Part shown: positions 25,565 to 36,452 of the stretch, in pieces
Position numbering within the stretch: position 1 is the stretch's first letter
How the letters are laid out: every line of letters begins with the position of its first letter
Origin: Candidatus Caccoplasma merdipullorum
GTDB lineage: Bacteria > Bacteroidota > Bacteroidia > Bacteroidales > G3-4614
NCBI GenBank assembly: GCA_017694415.1
Contig: JADIMW010000076.1
Location: 1-63,124, forward strand
Reading direction: 5' to 3'
DNA length: 63,124 bases
Notes under the pieces: generated by a model
What the model was told of the DNA's origin: nothing
The model's database searches: none
The model's input: only the letters and a program-made list of their open reading frames with translations
Translations under genes and position numbers: made by a program

Positions 25565-26899
25565 ATGGAAGTAAAAAAAGTTTTGAGCGACCTGAAAAGG
25601 CGTTTTCCCAACGAACCTGAATATCATCAGGCTGTAGAAGAAGTTTTGACGACGATTGAGGAGGAATACAACAAACACCCCGAGTTCGACCGTTACAACT
25701 TGATTGAACGCCTCTGCATCCCTGACAGAATATTTTCATTCCGTGTAACATGGGTGGATGACAAAGGCCAAGTACAGACAAACACCGGCTACCGTATCCA
25801 GCACAACAACGCTATCGGCCCGTACAAAGGCGGTATCCGTTTCCACTCGTCTGTAAACCAGTCGATACTGAAATTCCTTGCTTTCGAGCAGACTTTCAAA
25901 AACTCCCTTACAACTCTCCCGATGGGTGGTGGTAAAGGTGGTGCAGATTTTACTCCCCGCGGTAAATCGGATATGGAAGTTATGCGTTTCTGCCAGGCTT
26001 TCGTTACCGAGTTGTGGCGACACATAGGTCCTGAAACCGACGTTCCTGCCGGTGATATAGGCGTAGGCGGCCGTGAAGTAGGCTACATGTTCGGTATGTA
26101 CAAGAAACTTGCTCGCGAACATACGGGTACGTTTACAGGTAAAGGTCTCGAATTCGGCGGTTCGCTTATCCGTCCCGAAGCTACCGGTTACGGTAACGTA
26201 TATTTCCTGCTCGAAATGCTGAAGACCAAAAACATCGACATAAAGGGCAAAGTTGTTGCAATATCCGGTTCGGGTAACGTTGCACAATATACTGCCGAGA
26301 AACTTATCAGCCTCGGTGCAAAGGTTATCACAATGTCCGACAGCAACGGTTACATATATGACCCCGACGGTATCGATGCCGAAAAACTCGCATATATCTT
26401 CGAATTGAAGAATGTTCAGCGCGGACGTATCAAAGAGTACGCAGAGAAATACGGTTGCAAGTATGTTGAAGGTGCTCGTCCCTGGAACGAGAAATGCGAT
26501 ATTGCAATGCCGAGCGCAACTCAGAACGAGATTGACGGCGACGATGCTCGCGCTCTTCTCAAAAACGGCTGCTTCGCTGTTTCGGAAGGTGCCAACATGC
26601 CTTCTACTCCCGAAGCTATCGCAGAGTTCCTCAATGCAAAAATACTCTACGCTCCGGGTAAGGCTGCAAATGCCGGCGGTGTATCTGTCAGCGGTCTCGA
26701 AATGACCCAGAACTCTATCAAACTCGGCTGGAGCAAAGAAGAGGTTGATGAGAAACTGAAAAACATCATGAAAGATATACACAACCAGTGTATCCGCTAC
26801 GGAAAACAGGAAGACGGTTATGTGAACTACGTTAAGGGTGCAAACGTTGCCGGATTCATGAAAGTTGCCAAAGCCATGATGGCTCAGGGTATCCTCTAA
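25565..26899 (+). CDS. gdhA: NADP-specific glutamate dehydrogenase
   Basis: 444 aa. It has the GDH catalytic segment LPMGGGKGGADF and the dinucleotide-binding segment VAISGSGNVAQY. Confidence 0.95.
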   Translation: MEVKKVLSDLKRRFPNEPEYHQAVEEVLTTIEEEYNKHPEFDRYNLIERLCIPDRIFSFRVTWVDDKGQVQTNTGYRIQHNNAIGPYKGGIRFHSSVNQSILKFLAFEQTFKNSLTTLPMGGGKGGADFTPRGKSDMEVMRFCQAFVTELWRHIGPETDVPAGDIGVGGREVGYMFGMYKKLAREHTGTFTGKGLEFGGSLIRPEATGYGNVYFLLEMLKTKNIDIKGKVVAISGSGNVAQYTAEKLISLGAKVITMSDSNGYIYDPDGIDAEKLAYIFELKNVQRGRIKEYAEKYGCKYVEGARPWNEKCDIAMPSATQNEIDGDDARALLKNGCFAVSEGANMPSTPEAIAEFLNAKILYAPGKAANAGGVSVSGLEMTQNSIKLGWSKEEVDEKLKNIMKDIHNQCIRYGKQEDGYVNYVKGANVAGFMKVAKAMMAQGIL

Positions 26900-26923
26900 T
26901 CGGATTCGTCTGAAATGATTATA

Positions 26924-26959
26924 CAAAAAAAAGAGCGGCCAAGCGGTCGCTCTTTTTTT
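26924..26959. terminator. Bidirectional rho-independent terminator between the convergent gdhA and sprA genes
   Basis: An A-run is followed by the hairpin agagcggcc aagc ggtcgctct (one mismatch) and then a T-run. Confidence 0.7.
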
Positions 26960-27045
26960 GTATATGTTCAGGTTCTTCTTATGAAATTCCTAATCTTCTT
27001 TTTATTTGAATTTTTATATTTTCCTACAACCTCGCATTTTGCTTT

Positions 27046-30000
27046 TTACTGTCGGCGGGTAAGGTTGAGCTGCACGGCAACTCCGTAGCTTATGTCGGTT
27101 ACGGGATAGGACGTGGAGGAGATTAGCGGTGTGTTTACCTGATGTTCGTAGAATGCCTTGAGGGTTATCATCTGGCTTACGGCATAGTTGGCCGATACTT
27201 TCAACGACCATATTTTTGTACCTGACGTGGCTTGTGTGAAGTTGGCTTCTATTTTGCGAATCAGCGCCGTGGATGTACGGAACGAAAAATCGGCCTGCAA
27301 TCTTAAATCGCTGCTGAATCCGCCGGGGGCGGTAGAGCCTCCTTTGCCCATGCTGAGGTTTACGAAAGTGTATCCTGCTCCTACCGTGAGCTCGCGCGAA
27401 TATGATTCGACTATCTGCCCGGCTGACGGACTTAGTGTTATCGTCCTGCTGTCTTTATAGGAGGTACGCAGTGTTACGCTGCTTTTTAATGTCATGTCGA
27501 TTCCTATAAGTGGTGCGAAACTTTCGGTTATGACGACTGAACCTATATCGTATGGCGATGAGGGTATGGGATTACCTGTCTGTTCGTCTTTTACGAATCC
27601 GAATCCGTTGCCTGCATCTGTCCAGTTCAGATATGATGAATATGCCCCTACGCTATATACGCAGGTGTAGGCGTGGGAGAGGGTGAAACTCTTGAAGACT
27701 TTCTTCATCCGCGTCAGTTTTCCGAGTCCGTCGTATGTTACTCGCCAGTTGGGCAACAGATTTTTCAGACTGGGGAATGCCGACATCTCGACATTATCTA
27801 CGCTTTTGCCTGTATATGCCGCTATGAAAGCGGGTATCATTACATCGCCCGAACTTTTGTTTACTCCGCCTATGTTTGAATCGAAAAGTTTGCCGGCCAG
27901 ACTCAGCTCGTTTATGTATTGTGCGGAGGGATAGCGTACGCCGCGATATGCAGATTCCATTCGTGCTGCTATCTTGTCGCGGTATGCGAGGAATCTGTCG
28001 AATGCATCGGATTGATACCCGTTGGCGGCGTTTATCTTGCGTAATGCCGTTGAGAGACCTATTGTAGTCATTGAGAACGAACCTCCGCGCGTGGTCGGTC
28101 GTCCGTCGAACATAAACTGCACTTGGCTGTTTTCCGATTTGGAATATGTTGCCGTAAGGGTTATCTTGAACCCTTTTATCGGTTCTACGAGGGCGTCTAT
28201 CATCAGGTTACGAGATGTTGCCATTACTGCGGGGGAGACAAGCGAGGAGTCGTTCGTTATTACCCAGCCTTTGTCTATCGCCTTATCGAGATAACTGTTG
28301 CCCGGCATTCCGAATGCGAAGTCCAGCCCGGGTGAGAGTGAACTTGTAGCGGTGTTTTGTCCGAGTATGTCGGAGACTTCGGAGGTAAACGACGGCAATG
28401 TCATGGACGACGTGTATTTATACTGGATATTGATGTTGCGCAGCATCATTGCGAAACGGGTAAGGTATTCGCCGGTTTTATACAGTTTACTGTCTTCCTT
28501 GTTGGCCGGAACGGGGTTGGTGCGGACTATGCTGAGGGTTATTTCCACGGAGTCGAGATTGGTTATGCGTATGGCATTTTTGTTTATCGCCTTGTACTTT
28601 ATCTGGTAGAGGCGTCCGTCGGGCGTGCGTCCGGCTACACGCAACTTCTTTGTGTCGAGGTTGTGTTTTACTATTGTCGCCGTGTCTTTGCTGAGGGTTA
28701 TTTTCTTTTCTACCTTGTTGTTGTCCTGCAGCTTGCGGGTGGTACTCGTCGAACGGGATGCGGTACGGCTGCGGCTGCTTCTTGTAGTTCCTGAAAATTT
28801 CCGGTTTACGGCCTTCAAATATTTCGATTTGTTGTACAGGGTCTCAAAGTTGAATTTTCCGTTTATTCCGAGTTGCGCCTGATTGTTTATGGTATTTCCG
28901 ACTTGCGTCTCTTCATCGATATATGCTCCCCTGTCCCACTGGTAATTCGAGGTGTATGTTCCTTGCAGGTTTACCCAGTCCATTATAGGCGATTTTGACA
29001 ACGGCACATCGACGGTTGCATTGAAACTTTGGGTGTATTTCCACGGTGTTCCCAATTCCCAGATGCTTTTCATTACGGTCTCTTTCCAATCTCTGAATTC
29101 GTCGGGATAGAGGCGTTTGTTTACTACTCCCGACGGTTCTTCGACTTGTGCGTTTGTCATCGTGGACAATGACAGTGTGGTGCATTTGAGCGGATTCCAC
29201 TGTATCGAGAACTGTCTGTCCCAATAGAAATTTTTCGTTACTGAAACGGGTAATTGCGAATAGGCGTCGTTTTCGAGGTTGCGCTCCTGCTGCTCGTGAT
29301 AGTAACGGGATATGTTTGTACTGAATGATATTGAACTGGGGGCATAATTGACACTCATCTCCTTGAAAGGCGCCATGTGTTTCGACTTGCTTTTGATTTT
29401 CCCGAACGGTTTCCACGGTTTTATGTAAGGGGTGTACATGTATGCGAGATTGAAACGGCGGTCGCGCGAGTTTTCAAATTCGGTAGTCGGCGACTGATTG
29501 TCTTGTTTGTTGGATGAATAGCTTGCCGTAAAGTTTGCGGGATCCCACGGCATGGGGTTCTTGCTTTTTACATCGAACTTGAATCCTGACAGACTGAAAC
29601 TGCGCGTGCGCGAACGCTCGAGCGCGAGATTCTTCAATGAATCGCGTTCTTGCTTTGTTGTTGCCGTTTCCAATGCATCGCGCATGAGAATATCTTCGTC
29701 GAGGGGATTGTACTTTGGCATGTTACGCTCTTCGTAATAGGAATAGTAGAGCGGCGACGTGAGTTTCCATTTTTCGGGGAGGAAACGACCGGCATCTATC
29801 AGAAACGAGAAGTTGTACTGATAATAGTCTTCCATACGTCTGTTGTTCAGGGTTTGATCGACGGCCCCGAAACCGGCTGTTTCGATATGTGTTCCGCCTG
29901 CTATCGTTCCTATATCGGAGATATTCAGATTTACATCGGCTTTTACGCCCCAGCCTCCGTCTTGATTGAAGCCCGACAGACGCAATTCGTTTACCCATAC

Positions 30001-33000
30001 GACAACGTCTTTTTCGGTTGCGGCATTGTTTCGCACTCCTATCATTACGGTTGCCATGTTCGACAACGACGGGTTACCCACAACGGTTACCTTGTTTCGG
30101 GCATTATCGGGGTCGTACATATAGTAGGGCTCGGTATAGGAGACTCCGCTTTCGCCTCGCGACTTGGCTGCATTACGTGCTTTTTTTACATCGGTAAGGA
30201 GCGACAGCGGAAAGTCGAACATGTTTTCGGCCGGCCATACCGCCTCCTGGTCGTTTTCGTTATATGTGTTGTATCGACCGGCCGGCGTAAGATTCAGCGG
30301 CACTTCGTATTCGTAATAGTTGGAACGTGCATCGGAACCTATTCGTATAAAGGCTGCGACTTCTCCGCTTCGAAGGTTGGTATCGTCGTCTATCAGTTTT
30401 TCGGCATGTACGAACATCTGCAACCGTTCGTAATTGCGGATGTCGAGTCCTGAATTTTTATATATGGCTCTTGCGTTTTTCGACGGAAGGCTTGTTACTT
30501 TCATCGATATTGCCTGTTCGTTGAGCTGTGTTATCTGCGACTGGTCGGATGAGACGAGACGTGTAACGCCGGGGGGAAGGACGTAGTTTACGGGTTCTTG
30601 TCCTGCGTTTTCTTCGATGTTCACCACCGACACGTCCAAATCTCCTTCGGCAGGCAATGTCGTTCCTCCGCCTTTGTCGTCGTTATGGATTCTCAACGTA
30701 TAGCTGCGCCAGTCGCCACGTACGAGCTCCATTGTGGCAAAACGTAAATGTACTTCTTTTTTGAATCCGGTCATGAAAACTCGGGCGAAACGGATTGTCT
30801 TGAAGTCCTGTATTGAACCGAACGTTTCGCGCGGCATGTGGCTGCCGTCGCCAACGTCTTCTTTTAACGGTATTTTAAACTGATACCATTTTACCGTTGC
30901 GGTCTGTCCGTTGCGGAGGGTTACTGTACTTTCTTGTTCGGCGGTTATGTAGTTCCGCCCTACCTGAAGGTCTTCGGGCGTTATCTTTACGCCGTACTGG
31001 TAGTAGCGTTCGTATTCGTCGAGGGTATTGTCCTGATTGATGTCTTCTACATCGGGTACGCTTTTGGATGCCTGATAGTACGGGTCGGAAACGTCTTCGG
31101 ACGGCAGGGAGTTGCCTTCTGTTCCGTTGTATCGCTTGTACCGCTCCAGTATGGAGGCTTGGTTGTCGTCGTAATCAACGCTTCGGAAATAGCCGTAATT
31201 GTCTCCGGCGGGGTCGTTGAGAGGGGAGTACTTGTCGAACTGGTATCGGCTGAGGGTTTCGGGAGAGAGTACGGAACGCAACTGCTCGAGATAGGTGGCG
31301 TATGTCCCGAAGGTTTTTTCTTCTTCGGACGAGAGGCCGTTCAACCCGACGTCCTGCAATGCGCGGGAACCGGATGCGTTATCGAATGCGTATGTCAGGG
31401 ACTGTTGCCGCGAGACTTTTCCCCAAACCGTGGTATTTACCAGCGATTCGTCGCCGTCTGTGGGGAGTCCGTTCTCGAATGACTTCTTGCCGTCTTTCAG
31501 TATGTCCTCGGATATTTCCCCAAAGTTGAAATAGAGGTATCCGCCGTTGTCCTTGTCGTATATGAACGGGTCGAGCATCCAGAACTGGAGATATTCGATA
31601 TTGGCCGTTTCGAAATCGGTATTGTCCATTTTGCGCATCATACCTCCCCAGCGTTGTTCGGGGTTCTGCAATGTACCGTCGGGATTGACGTTTGTTCCGT
31701 CGAGCGCATAGGGGCCGCGCTCGGTTGGGTAATACGACAGGTTGAGTACCTGCAAAAGCGATGTTTCGCCGTAACTCAACTCGCGGTTCGGGAATACTTC
31801 GGTGGACTGTACTTCGCGTACGTAATGGTTCGAGAGTTGTTCGAGGTCGTTTTTTAGATGTGTGGGGGTTAGCGACGAGTTGCGGTCGGTAAAGATACGG
31901 TCGATATAGTACCAGTTGAACAGAGCGCGGTTCTTGCCGTAATTTATATCGTTGCTCAGTGAGGCTTCGGGGAACATCGACGGGGTTGAACAGATTGTCC
32001 ATGAATAGGGCAGGCGGATGTCTATCTGCGACTGCGAGTATTCGAAATCGTCGATATACGACATGGCTTCGGATTTTTTGGTACTCGGTATCAGTTGTGC
32101 GAATTCGGCATTTACAGTGAACTTGGACGGGGCGGTGGCGTTTACCGTCGGGATTCGGTTCAACAGGTTGGTCAGCCACTGGAATTCGGTTGTATAGGAC
32201 GTGTTCAACCCCCATATCGTATTGTTTATCACTTCGTTGCCGACAGTGAGTTTGTCGGTGAGTGCTTTTTCGCCCATGTGCATTATGGTCGCTCCTATCC
32301 TGAAATCCTTGGTTATGGCATAGTTCAAATCGAGTCCTACCAACGTTTTCCGCTGCATGTTGAAGAGTTCCTGACTTTCGAGCGATACTTGTATTGCTGT
32401 TCCGGAATCGACGTAACTTTGGTTTATTATGGTTACGGTTCCCATGGTATAATCGACCGTGTAATCGACATTTTCGACAAGTGTTACTCCTCCTGCGGTT
32501 ACTTTTACCGAACCTCGCGCCACGTTTTGCGCATTGAGTTGTATTGTTGAACCGGATGAGGCTTTGTATTCTCCTTGCAGCGTGAATTTGTTCTTGTCGG
32601 TATATTGGGCGGCCACGGTCTTGGTCGAGTCGTACAGTTCCTGATAGATATATTTGTCCACATCGGGGACATTCTCGCCTATGGCTTTTTTAAGGTATGA
32701 GCCGAACGGCTCGAGTACCGGGAATATTATCTTGCCTCTGGCTGTGTTTATGGTGTATCCTTCTACAAAGTCGAACACGCCGTCGGGGTTGGTTTCGTTG
32801 TTGCTGTCCAACCGGTCGAGGTTCATGACGGAAAGGAGCTGCTTGCCTACTATGTTTCCTATCGACATGTAGGTTACGGATGTTCCGGCCGTGTCGTTAC
32901 GGAAATAGACCTGCATCTTGAACTTCTCTTTTTGTACCTGATATGCGTCCAACGAATAGACGTTTTTCATCATAAGGTCCCATATCGGCCTGTTGGTGGT

Positions 33001-34557
33001 TATTGTCGTGGACTTAAGCATCTTTACGTAGAGTGATGATGCTGCATCGGTTACGTCGGATGAGAATTCGCCGACTTGATAGACGTTTCCGTTTTTGGTG
33101 TATTCGTATGCTACGGCAAGCACCTCGTCGGAGTTGAGTCGCTGGTTGAGCGATATATATCCGAGCTGGGTGTTTACGGTATATTCGCTTTCGGTAAGTT
33201 TGCGCGCGCTCTCCAGCTTGACGTAATCTTGCCCGCCGGTTATTCCGTAGGCTTCGAGCGGGGCAAGTGCCTGCGATACGAGGCTTATGTCGCGGGCATC
33301 GGGGTAGTTGTTCAGTATCTCGCGATATAGCGTGTTGGCATCGTTGGCAGGAACCGTATATGCGGCATTGGCTTGCCAGTGGGCGTTGGAGATATGCTCT
33401 TGCTTTTCTTCTCCGAGGTCGGCAAATGCCACTACGTTACGGGCATTGTCGTATGTGCCGCGCTTGTTTGTTACCCATACTTCTATTCGGTTTATCGTTA
33501 TTCCGGACGATATGTAGGGAAGTTTCGCTATGCTGGTTTCGTAATTGTCGCGGAAGTTGTGGCCGATGAAGAAGTGCCTGTTTTCATCGTAGTTGTCGGC
33601 TGTTATGGTGTATTCGGTAAGTTGTACTCCGTTTTTGGAATTTACGGTGGAGGACTGCGACTCTTGTTGCGAGACCAAAGCGGTTACGGTGAGTTTGCCG
33701 AACTGCAACTCTGTTTTTATACCGAACAGGGATGTCCCGCCTTGTATGAGCGAGGAGTTGGTGGTCATGCTGACGTTTCCGGCTTCTATGCTCTTTATTA
33801 TCTGGTCTTCTTCTCCTTCGTACTTGAGGTTCAGCTTTTGCGAGTCGAAATCGAACGTCGCATCGGTATTGTAGTTCATCGCAAAATTCAGTTTGTCTCC
33901 TACCGATGCAGTTATGTTGGCCTGTATCTTTTCGTCGAAATCGAAGTAGGTCTTTTTGCGCGCCTCGGCCGACAGCGCGGGATTGTCGGTTTTATTGGTC
34001 TTTATCGAGAGGACGAGTTCGGCTGTTCCCTGCGTGGTTATCCGCACGCCGCCGGGGCCGAAGACTTTGTCGAGCGGCCCGAGATTGAACTGCATGTCGA
34101 AAATGTCGAATTTCTTTTTCCCTTCTCCTACGTTTTCGTTGTTTTTTTCGTGGTAGTATGCCTGCATCGACTTGCGCAGAGAATAATCGCTGTACTCTTT
34201 GGGGGTAAGCATGAACGGCGTGGTTATTTCCATGCCCGATACTTTGGTGCGGATTACGTAACATCCTGTTTTAGTGTCGTATTCCACTACGGATTTTACA
34301 TTCTCGGGGGTTTCGAGGTCGGCCGGTGTTACAGGGTCTAAATCGTCGTAACTTTCAACTGTGGTTTTCTTTACCGAATATCGGGGTTTTTCGTGTTTGG
34401 GCTGTCGTGTTCCGGAGGTATTCCGTACGGATATGGTATCGGTGGATATTACTCTGTCAGCGTCTTGCGGCACGATATATGCGGCAAAAGCGGAATATGG
34501 GCATATTCCGCTGACTATTATGATTATATATATGAGTAATATTCTACCTCTTTTCAT
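27046..34557 (-). CDS. sprA: T9SS outer-membrane translocon SprA/Sov
   Basis: 2503 aa with an N-terminal signal peptide and beta-rich composition throughout. It ends in a beta-barrel-like terminal strand (GVAVQLNLTRRQ). The size and ruvA adjacency are typical of SprA. Confidence 0.85.
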   Translation of the reverse strand: MKRGRILLIYIIIIVSGICPYSAFAAYIVPQDADRVISTDTISVRNTSGTRQPKHEKPRYSVKKTTVESYDDLDPVTPADLETPENVKSVVEYDTKTGCYVIRTKVSGMEITTPFMLTPKEYSDYSLRKSMQAYYHEKNNENVGEGKKKFDIFDMQFNLGPLDKVFGPGGVRITTQGTAELVLSIKTNKTDNPALSAEARKKTYFDFDEKIQANITASVGDKLNFAMNYNTDATFDFDSQKLNLKYEGEEDQIIKSIEAGNVSMTTNSSLIQGGTSLFGIKTELQFGKLTVTALVSQQESQSSTVNSKNGVQLTEYTITADNYDENRHFFIGHNFRDNYETSIAKLPYISSGITINRIEVWVTNKRGTYDNARNVVAFADLGEEKQEHISNAHWQANAAYTVPANDANTLYREILNNYPDARDISLVSQALAPLEAYGITGGQDYVKLESARKLTESEYTVNTQLGYISLNQRLNSDEVLAVAYEYTKNGNVYQVGEFSSDVTDAASSLYVKMLKSTTITTNRPIWDLMMKNVYSLDAYQVQKEKFKMQVYFRNDTAGTSVTYMSIGNIVGKQLLSVMNLDRLDSNNETNPDGVFDFVEGYTINTARGKIIFPVLEPFGSYLKKAIGENVPDVDKYIYQELYDSTKTVAAQYTDKNKFTLQGEYKASSGSTIQLNAQNVARGSVKVTAGGVTLVENVDYTVDYTMGTVTIINQSYVDSGTAIQVSLESQELFNMQRKTLVGLDLNYAITKDFRIGATIMHMGEKALTDKLTVGNEVINNTIWGLNTSYTTEFQWLTNLLNRIPTVNATAPSKFTVNAEFAQLIPSTKKSEAMSYIDDFEYSQSQIDIRLPYSWTICSTPSMFPEASLSNDINYGKNRALFNWYYIDRIFTDRNSSLTPTHLKNDLEQLSNHYVREVQSTEVFPNRELSYGETSLLQVLNLSYYPTERGPYALDGTNVNPDGTLQNPEQRWGGMMRKMDNTDFETANIEYLQFWMLDPFIYDKDNGGYLYFNFGEISEDILKDGKKSFENGLPTDGDESLVNTTVWGKVSRQQSLTYAFDNASGSRALQDVGLNGLSSEEEKTFGTYATYLEQLRSVLSPETLSRYQFDKYSPLNDPAGDNYGYFRSVDYDDNQASILERYKRYNGTEGNSLPSEDVSDPYYQASKSVPDVEDINQDNTLDEYERYYQYGVKITPEDLQVGRNYITAEQESTVTLRNGQTATVKWYQFKIPLKEDVGDGSHMPRETFGSIQDFKTIRFARVFMTGFKKEVHLRFATMELVRGDWRSYTLRIHNDDKGGGTTLPAEGDLDVSVVNIEENAGQEPVNYVLPPGVTRLVSSDQSQITQLNEQAISMKVTSLPSKNARAIYKNSGLDIRNYERLQMFVHAEKLIDDDTNLRSGEVAAFIRIGSDARSNYYEYEVPLNLTPAGRYNTYNENDQEAVWPAENMFDFPLSLLTDVKKARNAAKSRGESGVSYTEPYYMYDPDNARNKVTVVGNPSLSNMATVMIGVRNNAATEKDVVVWVNELRLSGFNQDGGWGVKADVNLNISDIGTIAGGTHIETAGFGAVDQTLNNRRMEDYYQYNFSFLIDAGRFLPEKWKLTSPLYYSYYEERNMPKYNPLDEDILMRDALETATTKQERDSLKNLALERSRTRSFSLSGFKFDVKSKNPMPWDPANFTASYSSNKQDNQSPTTEFENSRDRRFNLAYMYTPYIKPWKPFGKIKSKSKHMAPFKEMSVNYAPSSISFSTNISRYYHEQQERNLENDAYSQLPVSVTKNFYWDRQFSIQWNPLKCTTLSLSTMTNAQVEEPSGVVNKRLYPDEFRDWKETVMKSIWELGTPWKYTQSFNATVDVPLSKSPIMDWVNLQGTYTSNYQWDRGAYIDEETQVGNTINNQAQLGINGKFNFETLYNKSKYLKAVNRKFSGTTRSSRSRTASRSTSTTRKLQDNNKVEKKITLSKDTATIVKHNLDTKKLRVAGRTPDGRLYQIKYKAINKNAIRITNLDSVEITLSIVRTNPVPANKEDSKLYKTGEYLTRFAMMLRNINIQYKYTSSMTLPSFTSEVSDILGQNTATSSLSPGLDFAFGMPGNSYLDKAIDKGWVITNDSSLVSPAVMATSRNLMIDALVEPIKGFKITLTATYSKSENSQVQFMFDGRPTTRGGSFSMTTIGLSTALRKINAANGYQSDAFDRFLAYRDKIAARMESAYRGVRYPSAQYINELSLAGKLFDSNIGGVNKSSGDVMIPAFIAAYTGKSVDNVEMSAFPSLKNLLPNWRVTYDGLGKLTRMKKVFKSFTLSHAYTCVYSVGAYSSYLNWTDAGNGFGFVKDEQTGNPIPSSPYDIGSVVITESFAPLIGIDMTLKSSVTLRTSYKDSRTITLSPSAGQIVESYSRELTVGAGYTFVNLSMGKGGSTAPGGFSSDLRLQADFSFRTSTALIRKIEANFTQATSGTKIWSLKVSANYAVSQMITLKAFYEHQVNTPLISSTSYPVTDISYGVAVQLNLTRRQ

Positions 34558-34621
34558 TTGAAAACCGCAACTCTCCGGTTTTGGCAGGCTGTACGGAGAG
34601 GGGGTTTCTCGGTTCGCTTTG

Positions 34622-35203
34622 TCAGAGCATCTTGAGTGCGGCTTTTATTATCTCTTCTACTTTTGCCGCCGGCCTCTCTTTTTGTATAGCCTGTACTGCT
34701 TTTCGGGCTGCCGGTTGCGGGTATCCCAACATGACAAGTGCAGCCACCGCCTCTTCTTGTTCCTCCCGCCCGGATTGTATTCCTACTATAAACGGAGAAT
34801 TATCCTGTTTTATTTTATCCTTAAGGTCAACAATTATGCGTTCGGCTGTTTTTGCGCCTATTCCCTTTACCGATTTGAGTATGGAGACGTTGGCCGAGGC
34901 GATTACCTGCTCCATTTCGGCGGCTGTGAACGACGACAATATTACCCGTGCGGTATTGGGCCCTACTCCCGATACGGATATGAGCATCATGAATATTTCG
35001 CGCTCGCGGGTGTCCTTGAATCCGTACAGCAGATGTGCGTCTTCGCGTATGGCTTCGTATATGTAGAGTTTGGCTTCTTTTCCTACTGCAAGCGAGCTGT
35101 ATGTGGTCAACGATATGTTTACCTGATACCCTATGCCGTTACATTCGGTTACGGCCATCGTCGGTGTCAGTTCGGTGATTTTTCCGTTAATATATTCTAT
35201 CAT
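34622..35203 (-). CDS. ruvA: Holliday junction branch migration complex subunit RuvA
   Basis: The N-terminus MIEYINGKITELTPTMAVTECNGIGYQVNISL is followed by HhH motifs (VSGVGPNTARVIL, SVKGIGAKTAERI). 193 aa. Confidence 0.95.
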   Translation of the reverse strand: MIEYINGKITELTPTMAVTECNGIGYQVNISLTTYSSLAVGKEAKLYIYEAIREDAHLLYGFKDTREREIFMMLISVSGVGPNTARVILSSFTAAEMEQVIASANVSILKSVKGIGAKTAERIIVDLKDKIKQDNSPFIVGIQSGREEQEEAVAALVMLGYPQPAARKAVQAIQKERPAAKVEEIIKAALKML

Positions 35204-35609
35204 CGGTGTTTTCTGTTTGGTGGCATAAATATAGCTATTTTATACGATTCGGGAAGAATGCATGTAGATATTTATATTGCGGCTACGTCTGTTTTGTGTA
35301 TTCTGCCGCTGCTATATTCCGTCGCGCCATACACGTTTCGCATATCTTATATTTTAAGGCCGTTCGCCTTTTGAGGATGATTTTCGTATTTGTTTTTTAA
35401 AATGGTATTACAGAAGGAAGGGGTATTTCTGAGTATCGGCTTTCTTTTCCGCTTCATGCCGGATATATACGATGAGAGCCGGAGTCTCACGAGTCCGGCT
35501 CTCCGAAGTCATGAAAAACACATTACAAATTCCATTCTTCTGCTTATGATTCAGAATAATGGAATTTGCACTTTATGCTCCGACTTCTTGTCTGCTTATT
35601 ATTCTGTTG

Positions 35610-35683
35610 TGGAGTATAGCGGACTCGAACCGCTCACCTCGACACTGCCAGTGTCGCGCTCTAGCCGGATGAGCTAATACCCC
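35610..35683 (-). tRNA. tRNA-Ala (anticodon GGC)
   Basis: My manual fold of the reverse complement GGGGTATTAGCTCATCCGGCTAGAGCGCGACACTGGCAGTGTCGAGGTGAGCGGTTCGAGTCCGCTATACTCCA gives a 7-bp acceptor stem with the G3:U70 Ala identity pair. The anticodon loop is CTGGCAG and the T-loop is GGTTCGAGTCC. CCA is not encoded. Confidence 0.9.
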
Positions 35684-35836
35684 GTATTTTCAATATTTGC
35701 CTTTTCCTCTGAAAAGGAGCGCCCCGACGACTTTCATTTGTTTGTGATGCCTGCCGACGCAGCATGGGAGCGCAATGACGGAGGACAAAGATAATAGTAT
35801 TTTTTACAATAGCGTTAAAAGGAGACTATTTTTTTT

Positions 35837-35844
35837 TACTTTTG
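35837..35844 (+). promoter_or_regulatory. Candidate -7 promoter element (TAnnTTTG) for ruvC-metH
   Basis: tacttttg matches the motif and lies 35 nt upstream of the ruvC ATG, preceded by a T-rich tract. Confidence 0.3.
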
Positions 35845-35878
35845 TGCGACTATCGTGATTCTTAGTTTATTGAGACTG

Positions 35879-36445
35879 ATGACAAAATCGCTCGACAGGA
35901 TTATAGGTATCGACCCCGGAACGAATGTCATGGGGTACGGGGTGCTGGAAACGGACGGTAAAAAAGTGTCGCTCGTTGCAATGGGTACACTGAAACTGAA
36001 CCGTTTCGAAAGTCATTATGTCCGTCTTAACCGTATCTATGAACGGGTGTCGGGTCTTATCGCGCAGTACTCTCCTTCGTGCATGGCTATCGAATCGCCC
36101 TTTTTCGGAAAAAACGTACAGTCGATGCTAAAGCTCGGCCGTGCTCAGGGGGTTGCCATGGCTGCGGCTATTCATTTCGGGATTCCAATAACGGAATATG
36201 CTCCGCTGAAAATAAAGCTGGCTGTTACAGGTAACGGAAACGCATCGAAGGAACAGGTGGCGGAAATGATTAAACGGATATTGAAGATTAGGGATGAGGA
36301 TATGGCGCCGCAACTTGATGCGACTGATGCTGTCGGCGCGGCTCTTTGTCATTTCTACCAGTCGTCGTCTCCTGTTAAAGAGTCGAAATGCAGCAGTTGG
36401 AAAGATTATATCGCAAAGAATCCCGATAAGGTTGTAAATAAGTAA
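35879..36445 (+). CDS. ruvC: Crossover junction endodeoxyribonuclease RuvC
   Basis: [17 protein letters not shown] carries the first catalytic Asp and [12 protein letters not shown] carries the catalytic Glu. The ATG at 35879 is preferred over the upstream GTG at 35855. Confidence 0.9.
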   Translation: MTKSLDRIIGIDPGTNVMGYGVLETDGKKVSLVAMGTLKLNRFESHYVRLNRIYERVSGLIAQYSPSCMAIESPFFGKNVQSMLKLGRAQGVAMAAAIHFGIPITEYAPLKIKLAVTGNGNASKEQVAEMIKRILKIRDEDMAPQLDATDAVGAALCHFYQSSSPVKESKCSSWKDYIAKNPDKVVNK

Positions 36446-36452
36446 TATTGAA

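Noticed and set aside
25736-26926. 396-aa minus-strand ORF
   Set aside because: It is antisense to gdhA, whose translation carries unambiguous GDH motifs. It is a shadow ORF.
33373-34341. 322-aa plus-strand ORF
   Set aside because: It is antisense to sprA, with low-complexity V/F/G/Y-rich composition.
36300-36452. Cobalamin riboswitch upstream of metH
   Set aside because: metH starts 8 nt after ruvC, which leaves no room for a leader. I saw no B12-box-like sequence here or upstream of the pduO-type adenosyltransferase gene.
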